A stretch of 64,000 bases of DNA, from IMG/VR virus record IMGVR_UViG_3300033273_000374, positions 138,914-202,913 of that record; one strand, given 5' to 3'. This document shows, in pieces, positions 26,361 to 34,475 of the stretch. The first letter of the stretch is position 1; each line of letters begins with the position of its first letter. The stretch is from a virus. Its lineage: Duplodnaviria > Heunggongvirae > Uroviricota > Caudoviricetes. A program made the position numbers and the translations under genes. The notes under the pieces were generated by a model. The model saw only the letters and a list, made by a program, of their open reading frames with translations, was not told where the DNA came from and did no database searches.

Positions 26361-26840
26361 TCATAATTTGCCATCATTGCCATGCAATTGGTCTAGTGCT
26401 TTTATATCTTTTTCTGTGTATTGTGTACACAACCAGTCCAACTCATCACTTTTGGCTGTAGGGTGCATCTTTTTTATGTACTTGCGTACCTTGTTGGTAT
26501 TGCTTTTGTCTTTCTTTTTGTGTGCCACCCATTGATGAAACTGCTTGCCCATGCCTGGACTCACAGTGCATAACAATTGCCATACTAGTTTAGGATGTTT
26601 TGCCAGTTCAAAGTACTGTGTGTTCACACGTTGATTTGTAGCCATCAAGTAGTATGCAGCAAGATCGTTGCTGCCTTTTACAATGCTCATGTATCTGTTG
26701 AGCAAGAATGGAGACACAGTCTTTTGCTGTTCGGGTGTGAGTCTGTCATAGAAACCATAGTCTTTTGCATCCAGTGCATTCAGTATGGCATTGAGTGGAA
26801 CTTTGTCAGTCAAAATGCACACCTCCGGTTGTGATGTCAT
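26361..26840 (-). CDS. Clamp loader small subunit (T4 gp62-like)
   Basis: SPFLLNRYMS, N..VN, KHPKL.W..L, FHQW pattern. Confidence 0.6.
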   Translation of the reverse strand: MTSQPEVCILTDKVPLNAILNALDAKDYGFYDRLTPEQQKTVSPFLLNRYMSIVKGSNDLAAYYLMATNQRVNTQYFELAKHPKLVWQLLCTVSPGMGKQFHQWVAHKKKDKSNTNKVRKYIKKMHPTAKSDELDWLCTQYTEKDIKALDQLHGNDGKL

Positions 26841-27123
26841 TTACAAAGTATAACTTGAACATGTTGGCATCGTCAATATTTTCAAACTCTAACAATAGCC
26901 AATGTTTGAGTGGACCTTTTCTTGTGGCACTATACAACTCCATTTTCCTTGCAACACGCTCTGCTAGTTGAGGTCTTGCACGAAAGTATGCTTCTACACG
27001 TGATGCTAGTGCGTTTATGGCATCATAATCAGGATCACTGTTGGGTGTGATCCTGAACATAAATGTGCGATGTTCTTTTTGAACTATTGCTTTACCATGC
27101 TTTGGTGATGTCCACAATTTCAT
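26806..27123 (-). CDS. Hypothetical protein
   Basis: 105 aa; ends FENIDDANMFKL, a common phage motif. Confidence 0.55.
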   Translation of the reverse strand: MKLWTSPKHGKAIVQKEHRTFMFRITPNSDPDYDAINALASRVEAYFRARPQLAERVARKMELYSATRKGPLKHWLLLEFENIDDANMFKLYFVNDITTGGVHFD

Positions 27124-27592
27124 TCTGCCTGTTTATTTCTTTGGCTGCAAACACTACTCTAGGTTTGTCACAAGTTTCAATGGGTATAGCAAGTATCTGT
27201 CCTTGCTTGAGTTTAGGAAAATACCATTTCACATCACTGTATAAGTCTACAATGCGTATGGGCAAGTAGTCATGCATCTTACTACTCAATGGATTAAAAC
27301 TGAATGCTTTGAATCCTCTGTCGTTGAGACTGCTGAGATTGAGCATTTCTAAATCGCCAACTTCACGCTCGCCAATGAGAATCTTCCAATCTATGGGCAA
27401 ACGTATGAGATGTCCTGCAACATCAATAACAGCAGCAGGACTGTTAAAACTTTCTAAAAAGATCAGTGGAATAAAAAAGTAATCTGGATTGTTGCTGTCG
27501 CTGTTGTCTAACACTGCAAAACGCAAGTCATCAACTTCGTCTGGCAGTTCGTTCATTTCAAACGCTGTATCATCTAGTGTAAGTATTCTCAT
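27092..27592 (-). CDS. Conserved phage hypothetical protein
   Basis: 166 aa; MRILTL..LDNS..PDYFFIPLIFLESF..KWYFPK. Confidence 0.7.
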   Translation of the reverse strand: MRILTLDDTAFEMNELPDEVDDLRFAVLDNSDSNNPDYFFIPLIFLESFNSPAAVIDVAGHLIRLPIDWKILIGEREVGDLEMLNLSSLNDRGFKAFSFNPLSSKMHDYLPIRIVDLYSDVKWYFPKLKQGQILAIPIETCDKPRVVFAAKEINRQNEIVDITKAW

Positions 27593-27894
27593 TCATGTTC
27601 TCCGCCAGGACCACGTCCGTTATATCCTTTAAGAAAATTAAAACTTTCAGGTGCACGTTGAGCAGTAGCAAAGGTGCCTACTGTAACCACTATGCCTGCA
27701 ATTAGAAGTATGTGAGTTACCACACTTATGCCCCACAGTGTCCAACTGCCTACACTGAATGCAAACACTAGACACCACATCCATGCAAGCACTTGTAATA
27801 CAAGATGTCTTACTTGTAAATCGTTGATATTCTTCAGTGGATTGTGTTGATAATTCATTACACCATTCCACGAATCATTGATAAATTGTCTCAT
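27589..27894 (-). CDS. Two-TM membrane protein
   Basis: NPL..I.D...RHLVLQVLAWMWC..F, C-term GGEHE. Confidence 0.7.
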   Translation of the reverse strand: MRQFINDSWNGVMNYQHNPLKNINDLQVRHLVLQVLAWMWCLVFAFSVGSWTLWGISVVTHILLIAGIVVTVGTFATAQRAPESFNFLKGYNGRGPGGEHE

Positions 27895-27895
27895 G

Positions 27896-29353
27896 TTAAC
27901 TCCAGTCTATTTTTTCAACCTTGAACGGGTAGTTTGCTTCTTTGTAGAAAGCCTTACGTTTGGTAAGGTGCCTTTTGGCAAATCTGCAGGTGCTTGTGAT
28001 GTCCCAGATTTGGACGAAATCTTTGTCATGTGCCTTGCGAATTCCACGCCCGATACTTTGGATGACCCTAACAAAGCTCTTGCCAGGCTCAAGTAGTACA
28101 AGATTGAATATCCTAGGGATGTTAATACCAACAGCGGCAACACCATAAGTAGCAATAATAACTTTATCGCTAGATTCAGCAACTTCATCATACTGTTCTT
28201 TCCTGTCTGCAGCCTTGGTACTGCCACTCACAAACACACTGTTTGCTATGCGCCTTTGCAGTTCTTTGCCTGCATTCACTCTATCAACCAGTATCAGTGT
28301 ATTGCCACTTTGCACAATTTGATTGACCATGCTGGCAATGTAGTCCAGTCGTTTCTCATCATCTAACAAATACTTCAATTCGCTTTGATAGTTCTGATGC
28401 TCTTTTAAGTCTATTAATTGTAGCACATTCACTTCGCAATTTGCAAGAACTCCTTTGTCCTGCAGTTCTTTTGCACTGATTTGATTGACAACAGGACCAA
28501 TGCTGCACGTGAGTGCTACACTTTCAAACTTCTCTTTGGGTATGGTTCCTGTAAGTCCCCAACGTATGGGTATATGACTCATCACACCTGTGAGCAGTGT
28601 CTTTAGTGCATCTGCTTTGGCTTGGTGCACCTCATCAATCATTATGCACACCACATCTTCCAAAAACTCTTGTATGGTTATTTCAGCAACTTGGTTCTTG
28701 GTGTTCTTCAGCAGCACATTCAAACTCTGCCAAGTGCATATGGTGTGAGTACGTCCAAATTCTTTTCTGTCACCAAAGAACACACCCACATCCAGTCCCA
28801 TATTGATATAGTCTGCTTCTGTTTGTGTTACAAGGCTTTTGTTGGGTACTACAATTATGGTGCGTCCATGTACTTCACAACGTTCGCTGAGTGCGGCAGT
28901 CATCAGTGTCTTGCCTGCACCTGTGGCTACTTCTTGTATGCACTGTGGATTTTCCACAAACTTGTTTATGGTTTCAATTTGATAATCACGTAGCACAATT
29001 GGTTCGCCTGCAACAGGATGCCCTTTGGGCCATGTGCGATCTGCATATGTGTTTGCATCCACAGGCTGTAATGGATAGTCAATGGTGTATTCACGTGTGT
29101 CATTGAGGCTGGGCTCATAGCCTGCACTCACTAGTATGGGCAGTATTTCAGGCAACAGGTTGATATAGGTGCTGCCGCCCATTTGAAAGTATGCTTGTTT
29201 GCCATCCCAACGTCCAAGACGCACTGCTGGCATGTAACGTGCACCAGGAATCTCATACTTGAACTGGTTGCTTAACTTGCGACGTGTGTCCAAGTCTAAA
29301 CCTTCAATCTTTACGTTTACTTCGTCCTTAACGTGTAGTATGCAAGGTTTCAT
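27896..29353 (-). CDS. uvsW: SF2 helicase UvsW
   Basis: WDGK, LRDYQ, ATGAGKT, DEVH, GLTGT, GINIP, QSIGRG.R. Confidence 0.92.
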   Translation of the reverse strand: MKPCILHVKDEVNVKIEGLDLDTRRKLSNQFKYEIPGARYMPAVRLGRWDGKQAYFQMGGSTYINLLPEILPILVSAGYEPSLNDTREYTIDYPLQPVDANTYADRTWPKGHPVAGEPIVLRDYQIETINKFVENPQCIQEVATGAGKTLMTAALSERCEVHGRTIIVVPNKSLVTQTEADYINMGLDVGVFFGDRKEFGRTHTICTWQSLNVLLKNTKNQVAEITIQEFLEDVVCIMIDEVHQAKADALKTLLTGVMSHIPIRWGLTGTIPKEKFESVALTCSIGPVVNQISAKELQDKGVLANCEVNVLQLIDLKEHQNYQSELKYLLDDEKRLDYIASMVNQIVQSGNTLILVDRVNAGKELQRRIANSVFVSGSTKAADRKEQYDEVAESSDKVIIATYGVAAVGINIPRIFNLVLLEPGKSFVRVIQSIGRGIRKAHDKDFVQIWDITSTCRFAKRHLTKRKAFYKEANYPFKVEKIDWS

Positions 29354-29966
29354 ACCAATCCTTCATTTCTTTTCCATATGCTAAGTTAGCATTATCCAGT
29401 GGATGTCCGTCTTTACCAAATGCAAAGTTATTGTTTTGTGCGTATTGCGTTAATCCAATAAGTTCGTTGTTGGGCATAAACCAATGATTCCAATCTATAG
29501 GATATAGTATATTGTCTTTGCTATAAGTTTGGTTTGGATTCCGGCCGGTATGTTTATCTCTAAAAATTTCGTAATCTGAACAACAAAATATATAATCTAC
29601 ACCATTATCTTTACACAAACTTTGCATTAAATAGATGTTTCTCCAAGTTTGATCTTTGATATAGGTTTCGTTGCCACCTATACCAGCATACCATTCTTTT
29701 CGAAAATTAGAAATTTCTGGGTCATTGTCAGTGTACACATCTAGTTTAAAGTGCGGACTGAAATCAGCTCTGTTAGGAAAAGTCCACATAACAATAACTC
29801 TTTCAAAATTTTGGTTGCACAGATATTTGTAAAGCATGGTCCCATTAGCATCACCAACTTGAGCCAAACATACAGCATCTCTATCTATCTGCTTCCACCA
29901 TGTATTGCCTTCCGAATCAAGTTCGGTTCCGTTACTAAAACTATCTCCCAGTATTAATGTGTGCAT
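29328..29966 (-). CDS. SGNH-hydrolase-like protein
   Basis: LGDSFSNG, MWTFPNR, DGHPL. Confidence 0.65.
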   Translation of the reverse strand: MHTLILGDSFSNGTELDSEGNTWWKQIDRDAVCLAQVGDANGTMLYKYLCNQNFERVIVMWTFPNRADFSPHFKLDVYTDNDPEISNFRKEWYAGIGGNETYIKDQTWRNIYLMQSLCKDNGVDYIFCCSDYEIFRDKHTGRNPNQTYSKDNILYPIDWNHWFMPNNELIGLTQYAQNNNFAFGKDGHPLDNANLAYGKEMKDWYETLHTTR

Positions 29967-30600
29967 GAATTGCCTCTGCTATCCGTTGATGTCCTAGTTC
30001 TAACGGATGACCGCCTGGTCCTTTGGGTGCATCTCCCATTATTTCTACCATTGAAGTATCGGGCCATCCTACAAACGCTGCGATATCTATCATAGAAATA
30101 AGGTCATCTGCTTTGTGATCCAATGTATGTATTAGATTCAAATTGTCAAATGTATTTACAAATCTATACTCAACATTGTTTTGTTTTAAAAAACTTTGCA
30201 ACAATACAACCTGTCTCACCCAGTTGCGAAATTCATACACAACTTCACTGTGCAAGGTTAGCCAACGTGCTATGCCTGGCCTATCAACATCTTTTGCTTG
30301 ATCCGGGTGCAACCAATAAGCAAGTTCTGAACATCCAGGCCATATGGTAAATGCACCATGCATGTCATTGAACTCTTGTCTGCCGCAACTGGTCCAACCT
30401 ACCACAACTAGATCTGGATCATGTTCAATAACAGCATTAATTGTGCGCTTTACAAAAAAATGATTGCTAGTGCCTCTGCGGCCTTCATTGATGACTTTGT
30501 AGCCCAATTGCTTGCCTAGCACATGCGGCCATGCATTATTACGATCTTCTAGTTCTTCACCATACGTGAAACTATCGCCTACTGTGTATAACTTTTTCAT
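29941..30600 (-). CDS. SGNH-hydrolase-like protein
   Basis: VGDSFTYG, GTSN, GWTS..R, GGHPLELGH. Confidence 0.75.
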   Translation of the reverse strand: MKKLYTVGDSFTYGEELEDRNNAWPHVLGKQLGYKVINEGRRGTSNHFFVKRTINAVIEHDPDLVVVGWTSCGRQEFNDMHGAFTIWPGCSELAYWLHPDQAKDVDRPGIARWLTLHSEVVYEFRNWVRQVVLLQSFLKQNNVEYRFVNTFDNLNLIHTLDHKADDLISMIDIAAFVGWPDTSMVEIMGDAPKGPGGHPLELGHQRIAEAIHAHINTGR

Positions 30601-30616
30601 AATATCCATTGTAGCA

Positions 30617-30654
30617 TAAAATGAGTGGCTAGTCTATTTCTAAACTAGCCACTC
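30617..30654 (-). terminator. Terminator-like hairpin overlapping a sigma70 promoter for the next gene
   Basis: GAGTGGCTAGT/ACTAGCCACTC 11-bp stem then ATTTT; TAGACT-17nt-TACAAT overlaps it. Confidence 0.65.
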
Positions 30655-30658
30655 TGTG

Positions 30659-30704
30659 TACAGTCGTGATTGGAGGAGAGAGGAGAGAGGAGCTCACGAC
30701 TGCA
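30659..30704 (-). ncRNA. Anti-Shine-Dalgarno hairpin RNA B
   Basis: CAGTCGTGA/TCACGACTG stem; 24-nt loop GCUCCUCUCUCCUCUCUCCUCCAA. Confidence 0.7.
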
Positions 30705-30743
30705 AACCGTTAAATTTTTGTGTTAGCCATAAGTAGCTTGGGT

Positions 30744-30822
30744 GAGTAGGGGGAAATTAATCCCCCTACCCGTTTCATCACAGTCCTCGTGGAAGAAGAG
30801 AGAGGGGAGGACTGTAAATGAA
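30744..30822 (-). ncRNA. C/U-loop hairpin RNA A plus GC-rich hairpin
   Basis: ACAGTCCTC/GAGGACTGT stem, loop CCCUCUCUCUUCUUCCAC; then GTAGGGGGA/TCCCCCTAC stem. Confidence 0.65.
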
Positions 30823-30828
30823 CTCTTG

Positions 30829-31743
30829 TTATGTCATCTTCATACAGGTTGTTTCTGCAAGTTTTTTCCAGTTGCTAGATATCCTCTTAAGGTCTGCAAG
30901 TTTGAGTGCCATACGCAAACTCATCTCACGAAACCTCTCAGGCTGGTCTTGCATAAAATTAATTATCTCTTGTTCTTCTTCCTTGCTAAAATTATATCCT
31001 TCAAACAAGTCTCCTTTGCGAGCAATTTGCTTGATGCGTAACAGTTTATCACGCATCGTGTCCAATGTAAGGTCTACATAGTGCGCACGACTCATTAGTG
31101 CTTCTAAGTGATCCTGTAACCTTTTGCTTTTTACATTCTCAAACTTGATGTTGGTGACAAAGCAAGCACTGCCCTTGAATACAAATGAATCAGGGATTCC
31201 TTCATTGCGTAATTTTACACTGTCCGCATTCCAGAAGATCTTACGCTTCTTTCCGCTGTCCAGTGCTGCTTTAAGTATGTTCAATGACAAGTCGTCCATT
31301 AGGACACTATCACAGTCATCAAACACCACCACGTTACCTTTACCACTGTATTCGTAAAGTTTGGCATACAATCCAAGTGCAGTCATTGCACCTTTGACAA
31401 CTTCAAACGGACGCTTTTGATTTGCTATATCACCAAAAATGTTTTGCCGTTCTAACGTGGTCATTACACCATAACTTTTACCAACGCCCGGTGGCCCGGT
31501 AACAATCATTGCACGGATGTCACCTGCCTGCAAACTAGCAGTCATGGTATTCAAGATCTCGAAACGCTCTTCAATTTCTTGCATCCGTGTTTCTTCATCT
31601 ACTAAATCATTTGCATTGGCATTTGGTAAGCCAATAATTTTACACTCAATACCTTTTTTATACAAACGTGTCTGAGCAGCCTTTACAGCGGCTTGTGTTT
31701 TGTAGCTCTTCTCAACACCTTTGTTATCTACCAGTTTAAACAT
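30829..31743 (-). CDS. AAA-family ATPase
   Basis: GPPGVGKS, VVFDDCD, LKAALD, VTN, ALMSR, SLR; start set at MFKLV after GGAGCGAGAG. Confidence 0.85.
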   Translation of the reverse strand: MFKLVDNKGVEKSYKTQAAVKAAQTRLYKKGIECKIIGLPNANANDLVDEETRMQEIEERFEILNTMTASLQAGDIRAMIVTGPPGVGKSYGVMTTLERQNIFGDIANQKRPFEVVKGAMTALGLYAKLYEYSGKGNVVVFDDCDSVLMDDLSLNILKAALDSGKKRKIFWNADSVKLRNEGIPDSFVFKGSACFVTNIKFENVKSKRLQDHLEALMSRAHYVDLTLDTMRDKLLRIKQIARKGDLFEGYNFSKEEEQEIINFMQDQPERFREMSLRMALKLADLKRISSNWKKLAETTCMKMT

Positions 31744-31773
31744 CTCTCGCTCCAACTGTTTAAATTTTAATTT

Positions 31774-31801
31774 ATAATAGCATCTTTTACAGATGTGTCA
31801 A
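31774..31801 (-). promoter_or_regulatory. Early promoter
   Basis: GGTTGACA-16nt(ending TGC)-TATTAT. Confidence 0.8.
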
Positions 31802-31807
31802 CCTAAT

Positions 31808-32164
31808 TTATGCACGACCTGTAAGATAACGTGGTCCTGTCCATGCAACAGTGTAACCACCGTCTAAGATATTACCACGTGGAGCGTTTCTTGCTGGCGC
31901 ATTAAAACCAGCTGGTTTAAGGATATCACCTTTATTAAACTTTTTGTCATTGTCTGTGGCAACAACAAAACCCCAAACACTACCACCATTGCGGTTGGTA
32001 ATTTTAATGTATTTGGAACCTTTGGTGTATCCAAGCTCTGAATCAAAATCTGCAACTCTTTGAACATCACGATCGCTAAGTTTGTTTGTTTTGGAACACT
32101 TTTTGATCCAGTTAATGTAATCAGCTACGATATCGTTTAACAGTTGATCAATTTGCTGTTGCAT
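31808..32164 (-). CDS. Conserved phage early protein
   Basis: KYIKI..GSVWGFV..GDILKPA..APA.N..RGNI..WTGP.YL; start MQQQI after GGAGAGAGG. Confidence 0.75.
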   Translation of the reverse strand: MQQQIDQLLNDIVADYINWIKKCSKTNKLSDRDVQRVADFDSELGYTKGSKYIKITNRNGGSVWGFVVATDNDKKFNKGDILKPAGFNAPARNAPRGNILDGGYTVAWTGPRYLTGRA

Positions 32165-32196
32165 TTCCTCTCTCCATGCATTTATCTTATACATAC

Positions 32197-32224
32197 ATAA
32201 TAGCAAATTGTGCCAATTAGTCAA
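32197..32224 (-). promoter_or_regulatory. Early promoter
   Basis: GGTTGACT-16nt(ending TGC)-TATTAT. Confidence 0.8.
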
Positions 32225-32375
32225 CCTCTTTTTTTGGTTTTTTCTTATTTTTTCCCCAGGCACTGGTATAAACTTCTTCGCTACGTGCACCTGGTTCGCA
32301 CACAGTGATTTTACCACCTTTGGCAAGATACTCTTTAACAGCAGCTTCGTAATCTTCGCGTTCATTTTTATCCAT
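32217..32375 (-). CDS. 52-aa protein resembling the SutA RNAP-binding domain
   Basis: MDKNEREDYEAAVKEYLAKGGKITVC...; AGGAG RBS. Confidence 0.6.
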   Translation of the reverse strand: MDKNEREDYEAAVKEYLAKGGKITVCEPGARSEEVYTSAWGKNKKKPKKEVD

Positions 32376-32386
32376 TGGTTTTTCTC

Positions 32387-32518
32387 CTAGTGTTTTCCGG
32401 TACGAACAGGCAATCCCTGATTCATATAGTCGTTGCGCACCGACAAAATCTGTGCTGGTGTCATGTATTCCCACACCAGCAGTTTGCCGTCTGGCATTGC
32501 TATTTCTAACCAATACAT
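32387..32518 (-). CDS. 43-aa early protein
   Basis: Hand translation MYWLEIAMPDGKLLVWEYM...; AAGGAG RBS and own promoter. Confidence 0.65.
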   Translation of the reverse strand: MYWLEIAMPDGKLLVWEYMTPAQILSVRNDYMNQGLPVRTGKH

Positions 32519-32548
32519 TACACACTCCTTGTTTGTTTAACTATACAT

Positions 32549-32576
32549 ACAATAGCATAAATTGCTAGACTGTCAA
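32549..32576 (-). promoter_or_regulatory. Early promoter
   Basis: TTGACA-16nt(ending TGC)-TATTGT. Confidence 0.8.
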
Positions 32577-32579
32577 TCT

Positions 32580-32921
32580 TTATGAACCAGCAATCATTCT
32601 AAAACTGCCATCTTCTTGTAAACGGAAACCTTCAACAAACACATGCCAGTCACCGCAATGACGTTTGGCTGATTGGAAAACTGATTCTGCTGCTCTCCAA
32701 AAACCTTCTACAGTGTTTTCATGAGTGAAGTGGCTGAACTCACATTCTTGCATGTTCTCGTCAAATGCACGATATGTAATGCGATAACATTCACGCTCTT
32801 CGTCAACAACCTTATCGCTGAGGTTAACAATCTCTTCGTCAAACATGCTCCAGCGAGTCTCAAATCCTAACTCGTTGCGCTTGTTGTCTAAGTCTTCGAT
32901 AACTGCGTATAAGTTGTTCAT
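32580..32921 (-). CDS. Hypothetical early protein
   Basis: 113 aa; C-term DWHVFVEGF...F..IAGS; RBS GGAGAGAG. Confidence 0.7.
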   Translation of the reverse strand: MNNLYAVIEDLDNKRNELGFETRWSMFDEEIVNLSDKVVDEERECYRITYRAFDENMQECEFSHFTHENTVEGFWRAAESVFQSAKRHCGDWHVFVEGFRLQEDGSFRMIAGS

Positions 32922-32948
32922 TTCTCTCTCCGTTTTTTAACTATACAC

Positions 32949-32976
32949 ATATTAGCATGTATGTGTATACTGTCAA
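32949..32976 (-). promoter_or_regulatory. Early promoter with upstream A-tracts
   Basis: GGTTGACA-16nt(ending TGC)-TAATAT. Confidence 0.8.
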
Positions 32977-33110
32977 CCTAATAAATGCATTTTTTTGAAA
33001 CTTTTTTTTCTGCTACTATATCATGTATCAAAAACATTGTTTAGATTGAGAAAACCTACAATATTGTGTAGATAACTTTTTTTTATTTTTTTTTGCCTTT
33101 TTGTAGGATA

Positions 33111-33308
33111 TTATACCAGTAAAAATGCTAGAATACCCGCAACAACCACATATGGCATCAACTTCCAGCCCAATCTAAAACCAGCTATTATTACTGCAAC
33201 AACAACACCAATGGTAAAGCCCATTGCTAATAGGTGCAGTATCAAATCCATTTTGTCATACACTAGCTCAAATGTGCCTTGATCACTTACTTGGAATTCC
33301 ATCTTCAA
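33111..33308 (-). CDS. Small membrane protein
   Basis: Two hydrophobic segments; start uncertain. Confidence 0.6.
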   Translation of the reverse strand: MKMEFQVSDQGTFELVYDKMDLILHLLAMGFTIGVVVAVIIAGFRLGWKLMPYVVVAGILAFLLV

Positions 33309-33483
33309 ACCTTCCTTCTACACTCTTGATGTGTTTGCATTTGCGACGTGCAACACAGTTACAATCAAACCCGCTATCTAGCATGGTAACAGTGTACACA
33401 TCGCCCTTGCTGCCTGTTACAGGCCATTGCACACCCACAAATGGGTGTCCTTTTGTATTTACTATCTCACTAGGGTGAGCCAT
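33283..33483 (-). CDS. SWIM zinc-finger protein
   Basis: GSKGDVYTV..FDCNC...CKHI. Confidence 0.8.
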   Translation of the reverse strand: MAHPSEIVNTKGHPFVGVQWPVTGSKGDVYTVTMLDSGFDCNCVARRKCKHIKSVEGRFEDGIPSK

Positions 33484-33641
33484 TAAGCAGTAACCTTGCC
33501 AACAACAACACCAGCACCGTTAATTTTACCGAGAAAGTTAATGTGTGAATTGAACTGCTGAGCCAACACATTCATGTCTGCAGTTTTTCTAATTTTGCGC
33601 ATTGCATCTAATGCGTTTTGCAATTCTACTGAATAAGTCAT
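33483..33641 (-). CDS. 52-aa early protein
   Basis: Start set at MTYSVE downstream of promoter; AGAGAGA leader. Confidence 0.55.
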   Translation of the reverse strand: MTYSVELQNALDAMRKIRKTADMNVLAQQFNSHINFLGKINGAGVVVGKVTA

Positions 33642-33678
33642 TGCTTTATTCTCTCTACTGTTTTTTTCCAACATATAT

Positions 33679-33706
33679 ACAATAGCACAACAACACATGT
33701 TGTCAA
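33679..33706 (-). promoter_or_regulatory. Early promoter
   Basis: GGTTGACA-16nt(ending TGC)-TATTGT. Confidence 0.8.
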
Positions 33707-33740
33707 CCTAATTTTATAAATATTTTTACAGGAGCCTTCA

Positions 33741-34250
33741 ATGACCGATGTGCTTGTACTCAACGCAGACGCACAACCATTAAACTATCTCCCCCTCAGC
33801 GCCGTGTCTTGGCGCGATGCCATACAGCAGATATGGCTAGATAAATGTACAGTATTGGAATATTATGATGATTGGGTTGTGAGTTCACCAAGCACAGATT
33901 TTCAAGTGCCTGCAATAATAATGATGAAAGAATTCTTTCGACGGCATAGTCATCCAAGATTCAGCAAACTTAACTGCCATATCCGAGACTTATATTCCTG
34001 CCAATACTGTAACACACAACAATCACACCGAGAACTAACACTAGACCATGTACTGCCACGTTCACATGGAGGTCGCACATCATGGACAAACATAGTCACA
34101 GCCTGTAAGCCTTGCAACCTAGCAAAAGGTAACAAACTAACTCCTTTGCCCAACATCAAGCCATATAGACCAAGTTATTATGAATTAGTTGAAAAGCGCA
34201 AACAGTTTGACTTTAGTATACGTCACGACAGTTGGCGTCAGTTTATTTAG
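33741..34250 (+). CDS. HNH endonuclease (McrA-like)
   Basis: VLVLNA, RD.YSCQYC, LTLDHVLPRS.GG..W.N.VTAC..CN..KG; TATAAATA upstream. Confidence 0.9.
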   Translation: MTDVLVLNADAQPLNYLPLSAVSWRDAIQQIWLDKCTVLEYYDDWVVSSPSTDFQVPAIIMMKEFFRRHSHPRFSKLNCHIRDLYSCQYCNTQQSHRELTLDHVLPRSHGGRTSWTNIVTACKPCNLAKGNKLTPLPNIKPYRPSYYELVEKRKQFDFSIRHDSWRQFI

Positions 34251-34446
34251 AAAAATACTTTTCTAACATTTCTAACACATCATCATAATGTGCAATTTCC
34301 ATGATTTCTTTTTCCATAGCGTCAATAATGTCTGGATGCTCGCCAATACCAGTGCTACTGTTTAGATATACTTCAACGTTGGCTTTGTGTTTGTCAACAT
34401 GCCCCTGTGCATGTGAACGCAGTGCTTCTAATAATATTTCACGCAT
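34243..34446 (-). CDS. Conserved small phage protein
   Basis: HAQGHVDKHKANVEVYL...GIGEHPDI. Confidence 0.7.
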   Translation of the reverse strand: MREILLEALRSHAQGHVDKHKANVEVYLNSSTGIGEHPDIIDAMEKEIMEIAHYDDVLEMLEKYFSK

Positions 34447-34475
34447 GGTTTACTCCTGACTAAGTATGTTTACTT

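Noticed and set aside
30617-30825. CRISPR mini-array or tRNA
   Set aside because: No repeat-spacer periodicity and no cloverleaf or TTC T-loop.
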